A stretch of DNA of 64,000 nt from contig CATNEN010000034.1 in assembly GCA_950097015.1 (NCBI GenBank), positions 7,750,001 through 7,814,000 on the forward strand. Direction: 5' to 3'. Numbering within the stretch: position 1 is the stretch's first letter; each line of letters begins with the position of its first letter. Positions 23,011-34,003 of this stretch are shown here, piece after piece. Position numbers and translations under genes: made by a program. The stretch comes from Macrostomum hystrix (lineage: Eukaryota; Animalia; Platyhelminthes). The notes below the pieces were generated by a model. It was given only the letters and a program-made list of their open reading frames with translations, did no database searches and was not told the DNA's origin.

Positions 23011-23312
23011 GGACTCGAATGGAACGAGGTGATGGACTCGAATGGAACGAGGTGATGGACTCGAATGGAACGAGGTGATGGACTCGAATGGAACGAGGTG
23101 ATGGACTCGAATGGAACGAGGTGATGGACTCGAATGGAACGAGGTGATGGACTCGAATGGAACGAGGTGATGGACTCGAATGGAACGAGGTGATGGACTC
23201 GAATGGAACGAGGTGATGGACTCGAATGGAACGAGGTGATGGACTCGAATGGAACGAGGTGATGGACTCGAATGGAACGAGGTGATGGACTCGAATGGAA
23301 CGAGGTGATGGA
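23009..23312. repeat. Perfect 23-bp minisatellite (GATGGACTCGAATGGAACGAGGT), about 13 copies
   Basis: Identical tandem units. Confidence 0.97.
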
Positions 23313-23723
23313 ACGCAGCATGGGGCGACTGCCCCCTCCAGATCGACCTGGCGGGAACGGAGGCGCCCTGAAGAGAAATAAAGAAAGAAAGACGCTGTGC
23401 AAACGAACATGACCATGTCTCACCTTTGCACTATATACTACTACTTAGTAAGTTAGAATTACATGTAATTTTTCACCTACCTATTTTTAGGAGAATAAGC
23501 TTCCTCAATAAAAAATTTCTTGCTTGGTGTTATGTGCCTATCGTGATCTATAAAAATTATAAAGGCTTCTTAAACTGTCAAATTTTCCACTTAAATTTGA
23601 GTCCGCCTATAAAGTTCTAGAATAATATTTTGTTTTAACTCCAGTTCAGGCCTTTTCTAAGAGTTTAACCAATAGTGCAGCTTCTATGGTAGATGCTATA
23701 CTGAATGTTTTTCTTTACCAGAG

Positions 23724-23927
23724 GTTGTAGCCTTGTTGTAAGAGCGTTGGACTCACGACTTCAAGGTCGGGAGTTCGATTCCCGACTCCGATTCCCGAAT
23801 TTGTGTACTTTAGCAAGATACTTAACTGTGCATTGCTTCAGTTCACCCAGCTTTTAAATGGGTACCAGCATCAGCTGGGCTAATTGAGGGTGGGTGTGGC
23901 GTCCCCCCAGTCCATGGACTGAACAGC
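23724..23927 (+). mobile_element. tRNA-derived SINE, copy 1
   Basis: tRNA-like head with A-box-like start and B-box GGGAGTTCGATTCCC, then central domain AGCAAGATACTTAAC...CACCCAGC..TAAATGGGTACC resembling conserved animal SINE cores. Nearly identical to the inverted copy at 26112-26314; weaker homology may extend about 90 bp further 3'. Confidence 0.85.
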
Positions 23928-24719
23928 CGACTGTGCTTTCGGCTCCCTGCCGGAGGCTCCCTGCCGCTAAGTCAAAGTGCTTTCGGCTGCACATCTAGAC
24001 CCAGTTGAGGCAGGTGTAATGAAACAATTAATTTTTTTTCTACCAGAAAGTGGCTGATAAATTATACATTGTACAGCATTACGCGCTGATGAGGGTCGAA
24101 CTCCAATTGATCATTAAGTACCGCTCCAATTGTCAAAGTAAATGTACTGTTATATATGATTAATTTGTAAATCTGAGTCACACACTCCAGACAACACGGG
24201 GTATTGACTGAGCACACTTACTTTTCTGCATTATTAACTCTTGTGTTAATTTTTAGCTGCGAAATCAAACTGGATAGATTAGACTTTTATTCTGCAGCTT
24301 TATAAAATGTCGGGTTTGCTGATAAGCTCTATAAGGCGTGATGATCGCACGGCCGAGAGGACCCAATGACCCAGAATTCAGTCTTTGTTTCTATCAGTAA
24401 ACATTACTCACATGGACCAAATATAGAAATGCGAGCACGAAGTGCTCAAAAAGGCATCTCCGCAAGTTCCCAAATCAGGATTCGGATGAGAAGAAGCGGA
24501 TAATGCATCATTACCAATATATTCGGTATGGGAAGTAAACCTAGATAATGTGATTTTCCTAACTTATTCCTGATCTTATTAACAGGCTAATCTGTTACAT
24601 CAATAAGGCCATGTATTAGTGCTGTATACCCCTATTCAGAGTTCAATAAGATTATCTATGCCTAACAGAGAGCTCGATAGACGACAGAAAACGGATTGAT
24701 AGAGGTGGGGTTAAGACTT

Positions 24720-25140
24720 GGGGGAGATAAGGCACGGGAAGATTAGACAGGGGGAAGATGAGACTTGGGGGAGATGAGACACAGGTGAGATGCGACACGT
24801 TAGATAAGACACGGGAGCGATGAGACAGGTGTGAGATAAGAAAAAGAGGGAATACGAAAATAATAGAACATAAAAGGGAAAAAAGGAGAGATGAGACACG
24901 GGAGAGAGGAGATACGGGAGAGATGAGACACGGGAGAGATGAGATACGGGAGAGATGAGACACGGGAGAGATGAGACACGGGAGAGATGAGACAGGGAGA
25001 GATGAGACACGGGAGAGATGAAACACGGGAGAGAGGAGACACGGGAGAGATGAGACAGGGGAGAGATGAGACACGGGAGAGATGAGACACAGGAGAGATG
25101 AGACACGGGAGAGATGAGACACGGGAGAGATGAGACAAAG
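24720..25140. repeat. 16-bp purine-rich minisatellite (GAGACACGGGAGAGAT); core 24890-25140
   Basis: Tandem copies with a degenerate left flank. Confidence 0.9.
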
Positions 25141-26111
25141 GAGAGAAGGAGAGGAGAGCGAGGCGAGCATTCTGAGCACAGAATGTCACTCCTAGTTGGA
25201 GTACTCTAAAATTCGTTAGCAAAAAAAGAAGTGAACTAACAATGGTGATGCAACTTGACAAATTTCATAGATTGCAGGGTTTGAGTCGATAGATGAGATG
25301 CCGATCGTGAGTCCCGGAGTCCGATTGGAACCCTGTGGTCGCATGTCCCTCAATTTCCTATAACCCTTTCGCAGGGCCTGCTAATCCAATTGGCAATGAA
25401 GCTCACACGGAGTCAGTCGGTGACCTCCGTCCCTCTCTGCCCCAGAAGTTGCTCCAGCGACTGCAGTTTGCCTTGCGGAGTAAAATATATCCAGAGTTGC
25501 GTAACTCTGCGAAAAAATATGATGCATCAAAATCCGTCGCTTGGGATTTAGGTGGGAGGGCCAGCACAGCAGCTCTTGCTGATGATGAAATGCCACGCCA
25601 AGCACACTTAAGCACACGCCAAGCCGTTGTTGTTCAGCGCCCGCCAAGTATCCAAATGCATATTTTCTCTCCTTGCACGCATGCAGCCATTGATGAAGAC
25701 AAAGCTGAGAGCTAATCGACTCACGGCTCGATGCGCCCACCAGATCGCCGCCGCCCAGCACTCCAGTCCAAGGAGATGCAGCATTCAGGGGTCGACTCAA
25801 TCTGCGTCTGCATACGGGAGCTGGCTGACTCATTCACCAGACATTTTATTAGATAAATGACCTGGCGTTTAGATTGCGTCATTTGTTGCACGAATAAGCA
25901 CTTAGATTGACTGTGGCATCTATCTAAATAAATAAGCTCGTTGTATTGTGTCATGCGCATCCCCACTGAGTGGTCAGGGAGTTCGAATCCCAGCCTAGGG
26001 CTAATTTGTTTTGCTCTTGACCACTTGTATAAAATAATAGTTATAACAGATTGCACCTGACTCTACAGCACAGCCGCAGCTATTGCGTGGCGCATCTGAA
26101 GGCTGCGTACA

Positions 26112-26314
26112 GCTGTTCAGTCCATGGACTGGGGGGACGCCACACCCACCCTCAATTAGCCCAGCTAATGCTGGTACCCATTTAACAGCTGGGTGAACTG
26201 AAGCAATGCACAGTTAAGTATCTTGCTAAAGTACACAAATCGTTCCGGAGTGGAGAACGGAATCGAACCCCCGACCTTGAAGTCGTGAATCCGACGCTCT
26301 AACCACTAGACAAC
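26112..26314 (-). mobile_element. tRNA-derived SINE, copy 2 (inverted relative to copy 1)
   Basis: Reverse complement reads GTCTAGTGGTTAGAGCGTCGGATTCACGACTTCAAGGTCGGGGGTTCGATTCC...TTTGTGTACTTTAGCAAGATACTTAACTGTGCATTGCTTCAGTTCACCCAGC..., matching copy 1 through CCAGTCCATGGACTGAACAGC. Confidence 0.85.
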
Positions 26315-27090
26315 AATGCTAGCGCCGAATCATACAGTTGTACGCAATATTTAGAAGCGCCACATTATTGCCGCGGCTATACTTTGACTGGCATTTTCGG
26401 CCTCAGAAACGACACTTTCGGAGCTCAGCACCGATCTAACCATGCTGGAGCGGGCTTCACGCAAGTGCTCGCGTGTGAGTGTTGGGCTTGGTGCCAACAG
26501 CGTAGCCGTTTGAGACGACACCGACACCAGAGCGCAGAGGCAGCTGTTTGCTGAATAAAACTCTGCGGGCTAGACTTTCAATAAACACACAGGCATGCAT
26601 TTACAGTTCGCAATGAAAGCGAAGCGGGAACCAAAGCAGCTCACAATTGTTAGCCGTGCAGTGAAAGCTCGTAGGAAATTCCACGCACCGACGCCACTGC
26701 ACTCCGGGCACTGCATGCATGCGTGCGAGGTAATAAAAGAATAGCTCTTTTGCAGCAATGAGGGATAATGCTAGGTCAGATTAACCACTTAACAGCATAG
26801 CTTTCTCCTAATTTAGCTGACGGCAATCGACTTCTTGTACTTGAAGTGTTCAGCTTGGTAAACACGTTTCTTCACTTAGCGACAGCGTGACCTTGTCAGC
26901 AAGAAATCTAGAATCTGGATGATTAAGAGCATGGTCTCATTATAGCGGCGAAGCTAACAATGAAATGGTTTGAAAGTTTCTGCGCAAGAATTCATAGATT
27001 AGGTGCAGCGTCCGCAGCTCTTGAATTACCCAAGGTGTCAGGTGTCAGAGTGTCAGGTGTCGAAATGGTCCAAGCCGTTGCTTCCCACAG

Positions 27091-27138
27091 GTTCGGCAGT
27101 TCTGATCCCTAACTAGCAACTTAATATTGATTCTTCAG
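27091..27138 (+). other. Candidate non-coding exon (48 nt) or recursive splice site in the protocadherin leader
   Basis: Preceded by GCTTCCCACAG and followed by CAG|GTAAGT; no ATG inside. Confidence 0.4.
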
Positions 27139-28642
27139 GTAAGTTTGGGCCTAAAAAATTAAAGTACAGTTGAGCACTCAACACCGGGATTTTGTTATTA
27201 AGGAAATGAGGAACTGAAATCACAGATGTAATCTGTTTCAAATGTTGAATTCCTTTCATTAAGGCCGATCCCAACTACAGTGAGAAAGGTGAAAATGAGA
27301 CAGAAATGCGGATGGATGCAGTGTTGTGATGGGCGTGTCTCTTCCCCTTCCCCTTTTCAAATCTTGCCCCTTGCCGGGCCTCTCATCCGCGTGTAGTTGC
27401 TATGCCCGTTGCCATGCTCCATTGAGCTAATTTCAACCCTAGGCGAATCCTTCTATCTGCAGCGTTGCAAAGCTGTTAATCCCTTTCAATAGATTTCCAT
27501 ATGACTGAAGCACCAACTGCTTCACCCAACGGGTTTCTTGACTTCAGGGTGGCACGCCCATCTGAGATGTCACAAAGGTTTTGTGGCACCACGCCTTGGT
27601 CTATGAAAGGTGGACCAGAAGTGCACCCACTAAAGTCACTCAACGGAACATTCACGGCTGTATTGTGCGCAACGCCGGATGATAATCGTCAGTTGCAGTA
27701 ATTTGCCGACATTCATCGGTCACTAGCCGCGGACTACGCCGTGGTGACACACTTCAGAACCCACCGAGGGCCTCCACAGAGAAGATATCATACTTCGTTG
27801 GACTTTCACTGCATTATAATTTCATACACTGACGGAAACAAGGATTAAAGCTTGAACTTGCCATGCTGCACATACAAAACACTATGGGCCCATTCTTTGG
27901 TTTGGCTTATTCTCCTGACTCCTGAGATGTTGCGCACGTTCATCTTAACTATGCTTTATATTAAGGTGAAGCTATGCTTCACAGCGCTAGACTGTCATGC
28001 AGATATTGACGCGGTGGCGCAAGAAGCGGACTTATGACCCCTTCGCGCACCTTCCGATCGCTCACAGCTCAAAGGGACCGGGCGGCGCACCCACCTCACC
28101 TCCGCCAATCACTATAATTTTAACTGCCAGTAAACTCACAAAACAAGTTCAACTGAGTTTCGTGTTCAACTGTCTGATCGCCTCTGATCGCTCACCCACG
28201 CAGGCTTCAGCGAGACAGTTTTTTCAGCTCGGAAAGTTTCAGCCACGAGCTGAAAGTCAAGGAAGGAAATTCTTCTGTGCACTTCAGAGCAACCGCAGAC
28301 AAATGCGAGGTACGGTTCGAGTTTTGCTTTTCTTTCTAAAAAACTTTTTTCCTTGTTTTTAAGCCCTTTGTCACAAAGAAAATTAGCATCTGGGGCGATG
28401 AGTAATAAATGGCAAAATCTGGTAATTCCTGTTTGCATTGTCGAACTGCGCAATTGTCCCTTCGCTGCAGCATTTGAGCCGAATCTGCAGGACCGGCTAG
28501 CGTGTTTCGACTTCTTCGGATCCACTTTGCCTCAGTCTAGAATCCCCGTCTGTCAGCACAGGGCAACCTACTTTAGTCCGTAAAGAATTTCATATTGAAC
28601 AATGCTCTCTTGAGACTCTGAGGCTGAAAACTGCAACCTGTA

Positions 28643-29129
28643 GGCACTGCTACCTGAAGGCACTGCTACCTGAAGGCACTGCTACCTGTAAGGCACTGCT
28701 ACCTGAAGGCACTGCTACCTGAAGGCACTGCTACCTGAAGGCACTGCTACCTGAAGGCACTGCTACCTGAAGGCACTGCTACCTGAAGGCACTGCTACCT
28801 GAAGGCACTGCTACCTGAAGGCACTGCTACCTGAAGGCACTGCTACCTGTAGGCACTGCTACCTGAAGGCACTGCTACCTGAAGGCACTGCTACCTGAAG
28901 GCACTGCTACCTGAAGGCACTGCTACCTGAAGGCACTGCTACCTGAAGGCACTGCTACCTGAAGGCACTGCTACCTGAAGGCACTGCTACCTGAAGGCAC
29001 TGCTACCTGAAGGCACTGCTACCTGAAGGCACTGCTACCTGAAGGCACTGCTACCTGAAGGCACTGCTACCTGAAAGCACTGCTACCTGAAGGCACTGCT
29101 ACCTGAAGGAACTGCTACCTGAAGGCACT
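28643..29129. repeat. 16-bp minisatellite (GAAGGCACTGCTACCT), about 30 copies
   Basis: Almost perfect tandem copies. Confidence 0.97.
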
Positions 29130-32100
29130 TGAGGAGAACCTAAGGACTGCTCTTACCATGTGTTTTTGTCTCTCCAATTTCTGAGACTGCAGTTCTGTAT
29201 TGTGAATCCGTTGATGCGCTTTGCACTTTAATCATTTTGATTTCTTCATCAGCAACTCCCTGTGGTGAGGCGGCAGTTGAGCAGTGACATTTCACAGTCC
29301 GTCTCCATGCTCAGCCTCGAGTCAAATGGCAAGTTGCTCCGACTGCAGTTGTAGAATGAGAAAGCAATGTTCAAAATCAAACACTTACTGGGTGGGCAGG
29401 GGACACATATTGATGAAGATGGATCTAAAGTCTCTGCTCATACTCAGTCAGTTCTGCTGGTGTGGTGAGTGCAGCCACAGCCTCAAGCTCAGTTGGTGGG
29501 GAATGCGAGGCGAGAGTCAATCTCATCAAATTACTGGCCAAACACTTCAGAGTTTCCTGATTCGACACCACTCATCATCTCTGTCTCGCACTCACATGGC
29601 CTCTATAAGTCTCTCAGGTTGCCCTACAGTCGAAGAAGTGGACTGAGACCATCATCTGCTGCCTCCTCCTCCACCCACAGTTGGTGAGAGTGAGTGGATT
29701 GGGATATAATGGGGCCCGAGCAACCTAAGCAGCGGCCCTGTACCGAGTGTTGTCTGTGCTAGAATGAATCGATCCAATATAAAGCAAAGTGCACAGCAAC
29801 CATCATCTAATGTAGAGAGCGCCTGCTGGAATGCACTTAGGGCCGATTGGTACATTGTCAGATGGAGGCAAGGGCCAAGGGACCAAATGGAATGAGATGC
29901 AGGAACAGTGCCTTGAAGACCTTTGATGGCATCCGCTGACATGCGTCGAGTCAGGTGAGCGGCAACAGGTAAAGGAATTAATGATTCGGCCGGTGTAAAG
30001 TTCGTGTTTGTCTGAAAGCAAAATGGTAACTTGGAATTCTAAGTCACTGTGATAAAAGTACATTTTCCACGACACTGTGCTGGCGACACAATGAACCGAC
30101 GCAATGTTGAATCACCTGCAGGAAAGAGACACAGCTTCGCTCTTGGCGATAGAAACCTACTTTTTAAGGAACAGAGTACGAGTGGCTTGTTGCTTCGATG
30201 CAGTTTTCATCATTCAAAACCATTTAAGTAATAATTTAAAACCGGAATAAGTCAATGCGCGCTTCACTGGTTTGAGTATTAATGTTCCAAGTGAGTTCTG
30301 AGGCTATTGTCCTCCGCGTTTCAGCGTTTCGGGCGTGGCGTATAACTTTTTCCAGCTGCATTGCCCGGATGTCATGCTCCAGCACCTGGCATTCACCTGT
30401 CAAAATTCTGGCACCTCATACAGTCAGTCATCTGACACTTTCCCATAGCGAGGCCACCATAACCCTATTGAGTTCTACTCCCAGATCCCAGAGACTCAGC
30501 TGGTAACTTTTTTAGTGAGAATCAAATCAATCATTTAATTTTTAAATAACAAACTGAAAGGAGTGACAATGTCAGTTATTTCTTGACGTTTAAACATGAT
30601 AAGTGTATCAGCAAAACTTGAACCTCTCTGGAGATTGAATAAGATAATTTTCGTACAACGGGCCTGGCATTTCTAATGCATCTACGCGTATCCATGAGGA
30701 ACATGAGACATTTTATAATACAGTCTAATGCCAGTCCATGCTAATCCACATCTCCACTCGTAAAACAATGACGGGGCACTTTCAGCTTTGCAGCCATTCA
30801 AAGGCACATTAGTATGCGCTAGTAGGGACTAATATTGATGCATAGATCCAAGCAAAACTGTCTTAACCCCTTGGCAAACAGACTTAAGGAAAAAAACAAG
30901 CGCGGGGATAAATTGACTTTGATCAGAATCAATCTCTGTCCGGAATATGACGCGCGCCAGTTTAGCAGGAGCTGCTGCAAGATGGTGGCCAGTCTCTGTT
31001 CCTCCGTTCTCCCCCAGTCTCCCCCAGTCTGAGCATGCACTTTCCCTTGGCTGCTCAGAGCCTGGCCCCAACCAGCCCTAGGCCGGACTAATCTGTGTGC
31101 TAACCCCGCCGACTCCTAGCTAAACATGGCAGGACCACTTTGTCATTTTTCTGCCTTGCCCCGCCCGCGCCTCCTTCGACTTCGAGCTCGGTGGACGCCG
31201 CATCTCCCTGCCCCCAGCTCGCGTGGTCTCGGCTTCGCCTCCGTCTCGGCTTTTCCAGGCTATGAAAATGGGTAAAAAAGGCTGCGTGAAACACGCGTAC
31301 TGACTCTGCCACTCCCCACTAGGACTTGCCCAAGTGAAAGGGACTTTATCCCGATGCCTTCACCCCGGACCTACCCATGATCAGCCTATCCGTATGCTCA
31401 GGCTGCGGATTAGCATTTCGCAACGTTTTTCTTGCACCCAAATGTGTTTTCTCAGTGCTCTGCTCCTGGAAGCTGAAATGCTTGTTTCCAACATCTCATG
31501 ATTAGAAAGTCAAGCATTCTTATCTGGTGCGCTCATTCAGGTGTTAAAAATTGACTCAAAAGGCAGCCACCCCAGCTGCCTATAGTTGAGCAGATGTCAA
31601 GTGGGTAATGCCTCTAAAAACAACTCATGTCAGTCAAATTGTCTACCATCGCTTGCCCAGAAAGTCAACCAAGGTGCAGCTCTGGAACGCTTCAGCACTG
31701 GGGGGCAACAAAGGAAAGAAAACATCCACAGATGCGTTCTCAAATTGGAGGTTTCTGAGCAAGGGGAAACTGAAATACCGAAGCGCAAGGATAGAGTCCC
31801 TGGAATTATAGTCTTTCATTCTAGACTCTTGCTAACTCCGTCTGTCTGTTTGGGATTTGGCTTGGCCGACCAGATGAACTGCTGATCCCAAATCCTTAGC
31901 AATTGCAGCTCAAAATATCCCCTCCTACATGCGTGCCCTCGTGGGATTTGAGCAGCTTCGATTCCGGTACTCACGGTAGGCAAAACTCCCAGCAGTAAAC
32001 GCGAAGTGACCCACAGGCTAGCTGAGAACAGTACTCACAGAAGTTCCGCTGCTTACCAGAAATTAAGCTGCAAGAAGAGTTGAGGGATCAGCTGCTTAAC

Positions 32101-32292
32101 TAAATGCAACACTTTGTAAGACGTCCAGTTGTGTTGCCCTTTTGCGTCACTGATGGTGCCGGCAAGGACTCGTAGCAATGACGGTCGAGTCAGAGGCTTA
32201 TCAAAGAACTGGCATTTTATAGGCAGACAGACATCTCACCCATAGACATAGACATCATAGACAGATGTACAACCAATGGCACAGCTGGCTAT

Positions 32293-32497
32293 GTACAGCT
32301 GCTCAGTCCGTGGACTGGAGAGGCAGCCCCACCCATACCGATTTCTACCCATGCTGGAACCCATTTGACAGCTGGGTGAGCTGAAGCACTAGGGAACATA
32401 GCCTCTAGCTCAGGGACAAATTTTGTCTCCATTGGGCTGAGAATCGAACTCCCGACCTCTCGGTCAGCAGTCCAAGTCTCTGATCACTGGGCTGAGA
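32293..32497 (-). mobile_element. tRNA-derived SINE, diverged relative of copies 1 and 2
   Basis: Shares GTACAGCTGYTCAGTCCRTGGACTGG, TGCTGG(T/A)ACCCATTT.ACAGCTGGGTGA.CTGAAGCA and a B-box (minus strand GGGAGTTCGATTC) with the other copies. Confidence 0.75.
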
Positions 32498-33821
32498 GTC
32501 CCTGGAGTTTTACGGAGGGAAAAAGCCTATTAAAAGCGCTTGTTAGATTCGTATCCGAAATCACTGCTCATTGGTGCTCTCTCTTACCTGAACAGGGGAG
32601 CTGCTAATCAAGAGAATTGATAAGTTACTGGAATCGGGAGTTGCCCACGCAGGGAAAAAACTCCCGCTGCGTCTCCAGTGTCGCTCGCACGCATTTCAAG
32701 GCCAGAAGCTATGAGAAAGCATTGAGATGAGCAAAGGAAATGCCTTAACAACCAACTGATTGACTGGGATCAATAGCTGTGGAAGCAGTTGTTACCGTGC
32801 GGCTCCGCATTTGGTGGCGGCGGATGCGATGCCTAAATGTGGCATTTAATTTTTCGGCATTGTAGTTTTAGCTGCCTCGCTGCCTCCAGTGCGCGGATGT
32901 AAGCACCTCCCAGGGTGCCGACCAGCGTCACTCCTATTCTCTGATCTGCTCTGCCTCGTTCTCAAAATAGCCCCGACAGCCCGCCACCTTTTCTTGATTG
33001 CTCCTCGCGGCTGCCGCTGCGTGTGGATTTGTAAGTTTTGCCCTGCCCTCCGTCCCTGCGGCGCCTCCCTCTTCCTCCTCGCAGTGTCGTGAGCACCAAC
33101 CATTCAGTCTGCTGCCATGCAAGCAGCCCCTTTATCCATTGTATATTCCCATGCATACAGCACCTGCTAATGGTAAGCAGGGCGGATACAAATTGTGCGT
33201 TTGAAGCAAGTTTGAACGACAAGGTGAGCTGCTGGGACGCAGGTGAGGTGTCACACAAAGGATGCACTCTGCATGTCATGTGTGCTGTTGGTGTCTCTGG
33301 TCTCCTGCAGACTTTTATTTCACCCTGAAAACTTTCTTACAGTTTCTGTTTATTCCTGCAAGCCAGCCGTGATTACGCGAACCACCTGTACTCGTAGTTC
33401 CATCACTTTTATCCCTCACCTTCTCTGAGGTAGTTAATTCTCAACTGAATTTGTGATCTGTGATCTCAGCAAAGCTTTAGCTGCGTACAATGCTAGTTCA
33501 AGATAACAATATGACTGCGAAGGTGTGCTCTAGTGAACTTGCTATGCTCAAGGCTTGGTCGCTGAGTTGGCTATTTAGAATTGCGTCACTTTTCTCTCCT
33601 TGTCTCCACTGATGAGACATTGTCACGTTGCGTCAGGCGTGCAAAGACAAGTTTTGCTCAATTCAAGGCAGTCATAATAGAATGCTTCAAATGTAAATTG
33701 TGTTGCATCTGAGGGTTCTCAAATTGAGGACTGGGTCGCTGGCTTCAGATCGCACACGGATATTTTAAGGTCGCAGAACAAAGATTTAAGATCAATCTAC
33801 TCGTAACCTGGCATTTTTCAG

Positions 33822-34003
33822 CCAAACAGCACAGCTCATCTGTGCCTCTCTGAGCACACTGACAGCGTCTTCTGCGATCGCATTGTCTTCTCGATTTCAA
33901 CTGAACTCGCCTGCGGCAATAACCGCTGTGTGCTTAACGATTTCTCCAACTGCGAGTCTTTGAGGCTGCAACTGCAGTCAGCACCAGAGCCTGCACCCTC
34001 CAG
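33822..34003 (+). other. Candidate non-coding 5' exon (182 nt) of the protocadherin
   Basis: Branch-like CGTAAC, acceptor GCATTTTTCAG| and donor CAG|GTAAGT; no ATG inside. Confidence 0.5.

Noticed and set aside
23724-23800. Possible tRNA gene (also 26250-26314 and 32430-32497)
   Set aside because: The acceptor and anticodon stems do not pair properly and each head is fused to a shared SINE body, so these are SINE heads rather than functional tRNAs.
25335-25833. Overlapping ORFs between the two SINEs with somewhat coding-like composition
   Set aside because: No recognisable domain in any frame, stops and shifts throughout, and no consistent splice structure. At most an unidentifiable decayed element.
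29150-33430. Numerous 60-120 aa ORFs on both strands
   Set aside because: No motif, no phase-consistent exon chain, and lengths expected by chance in GC-balanced DNA.
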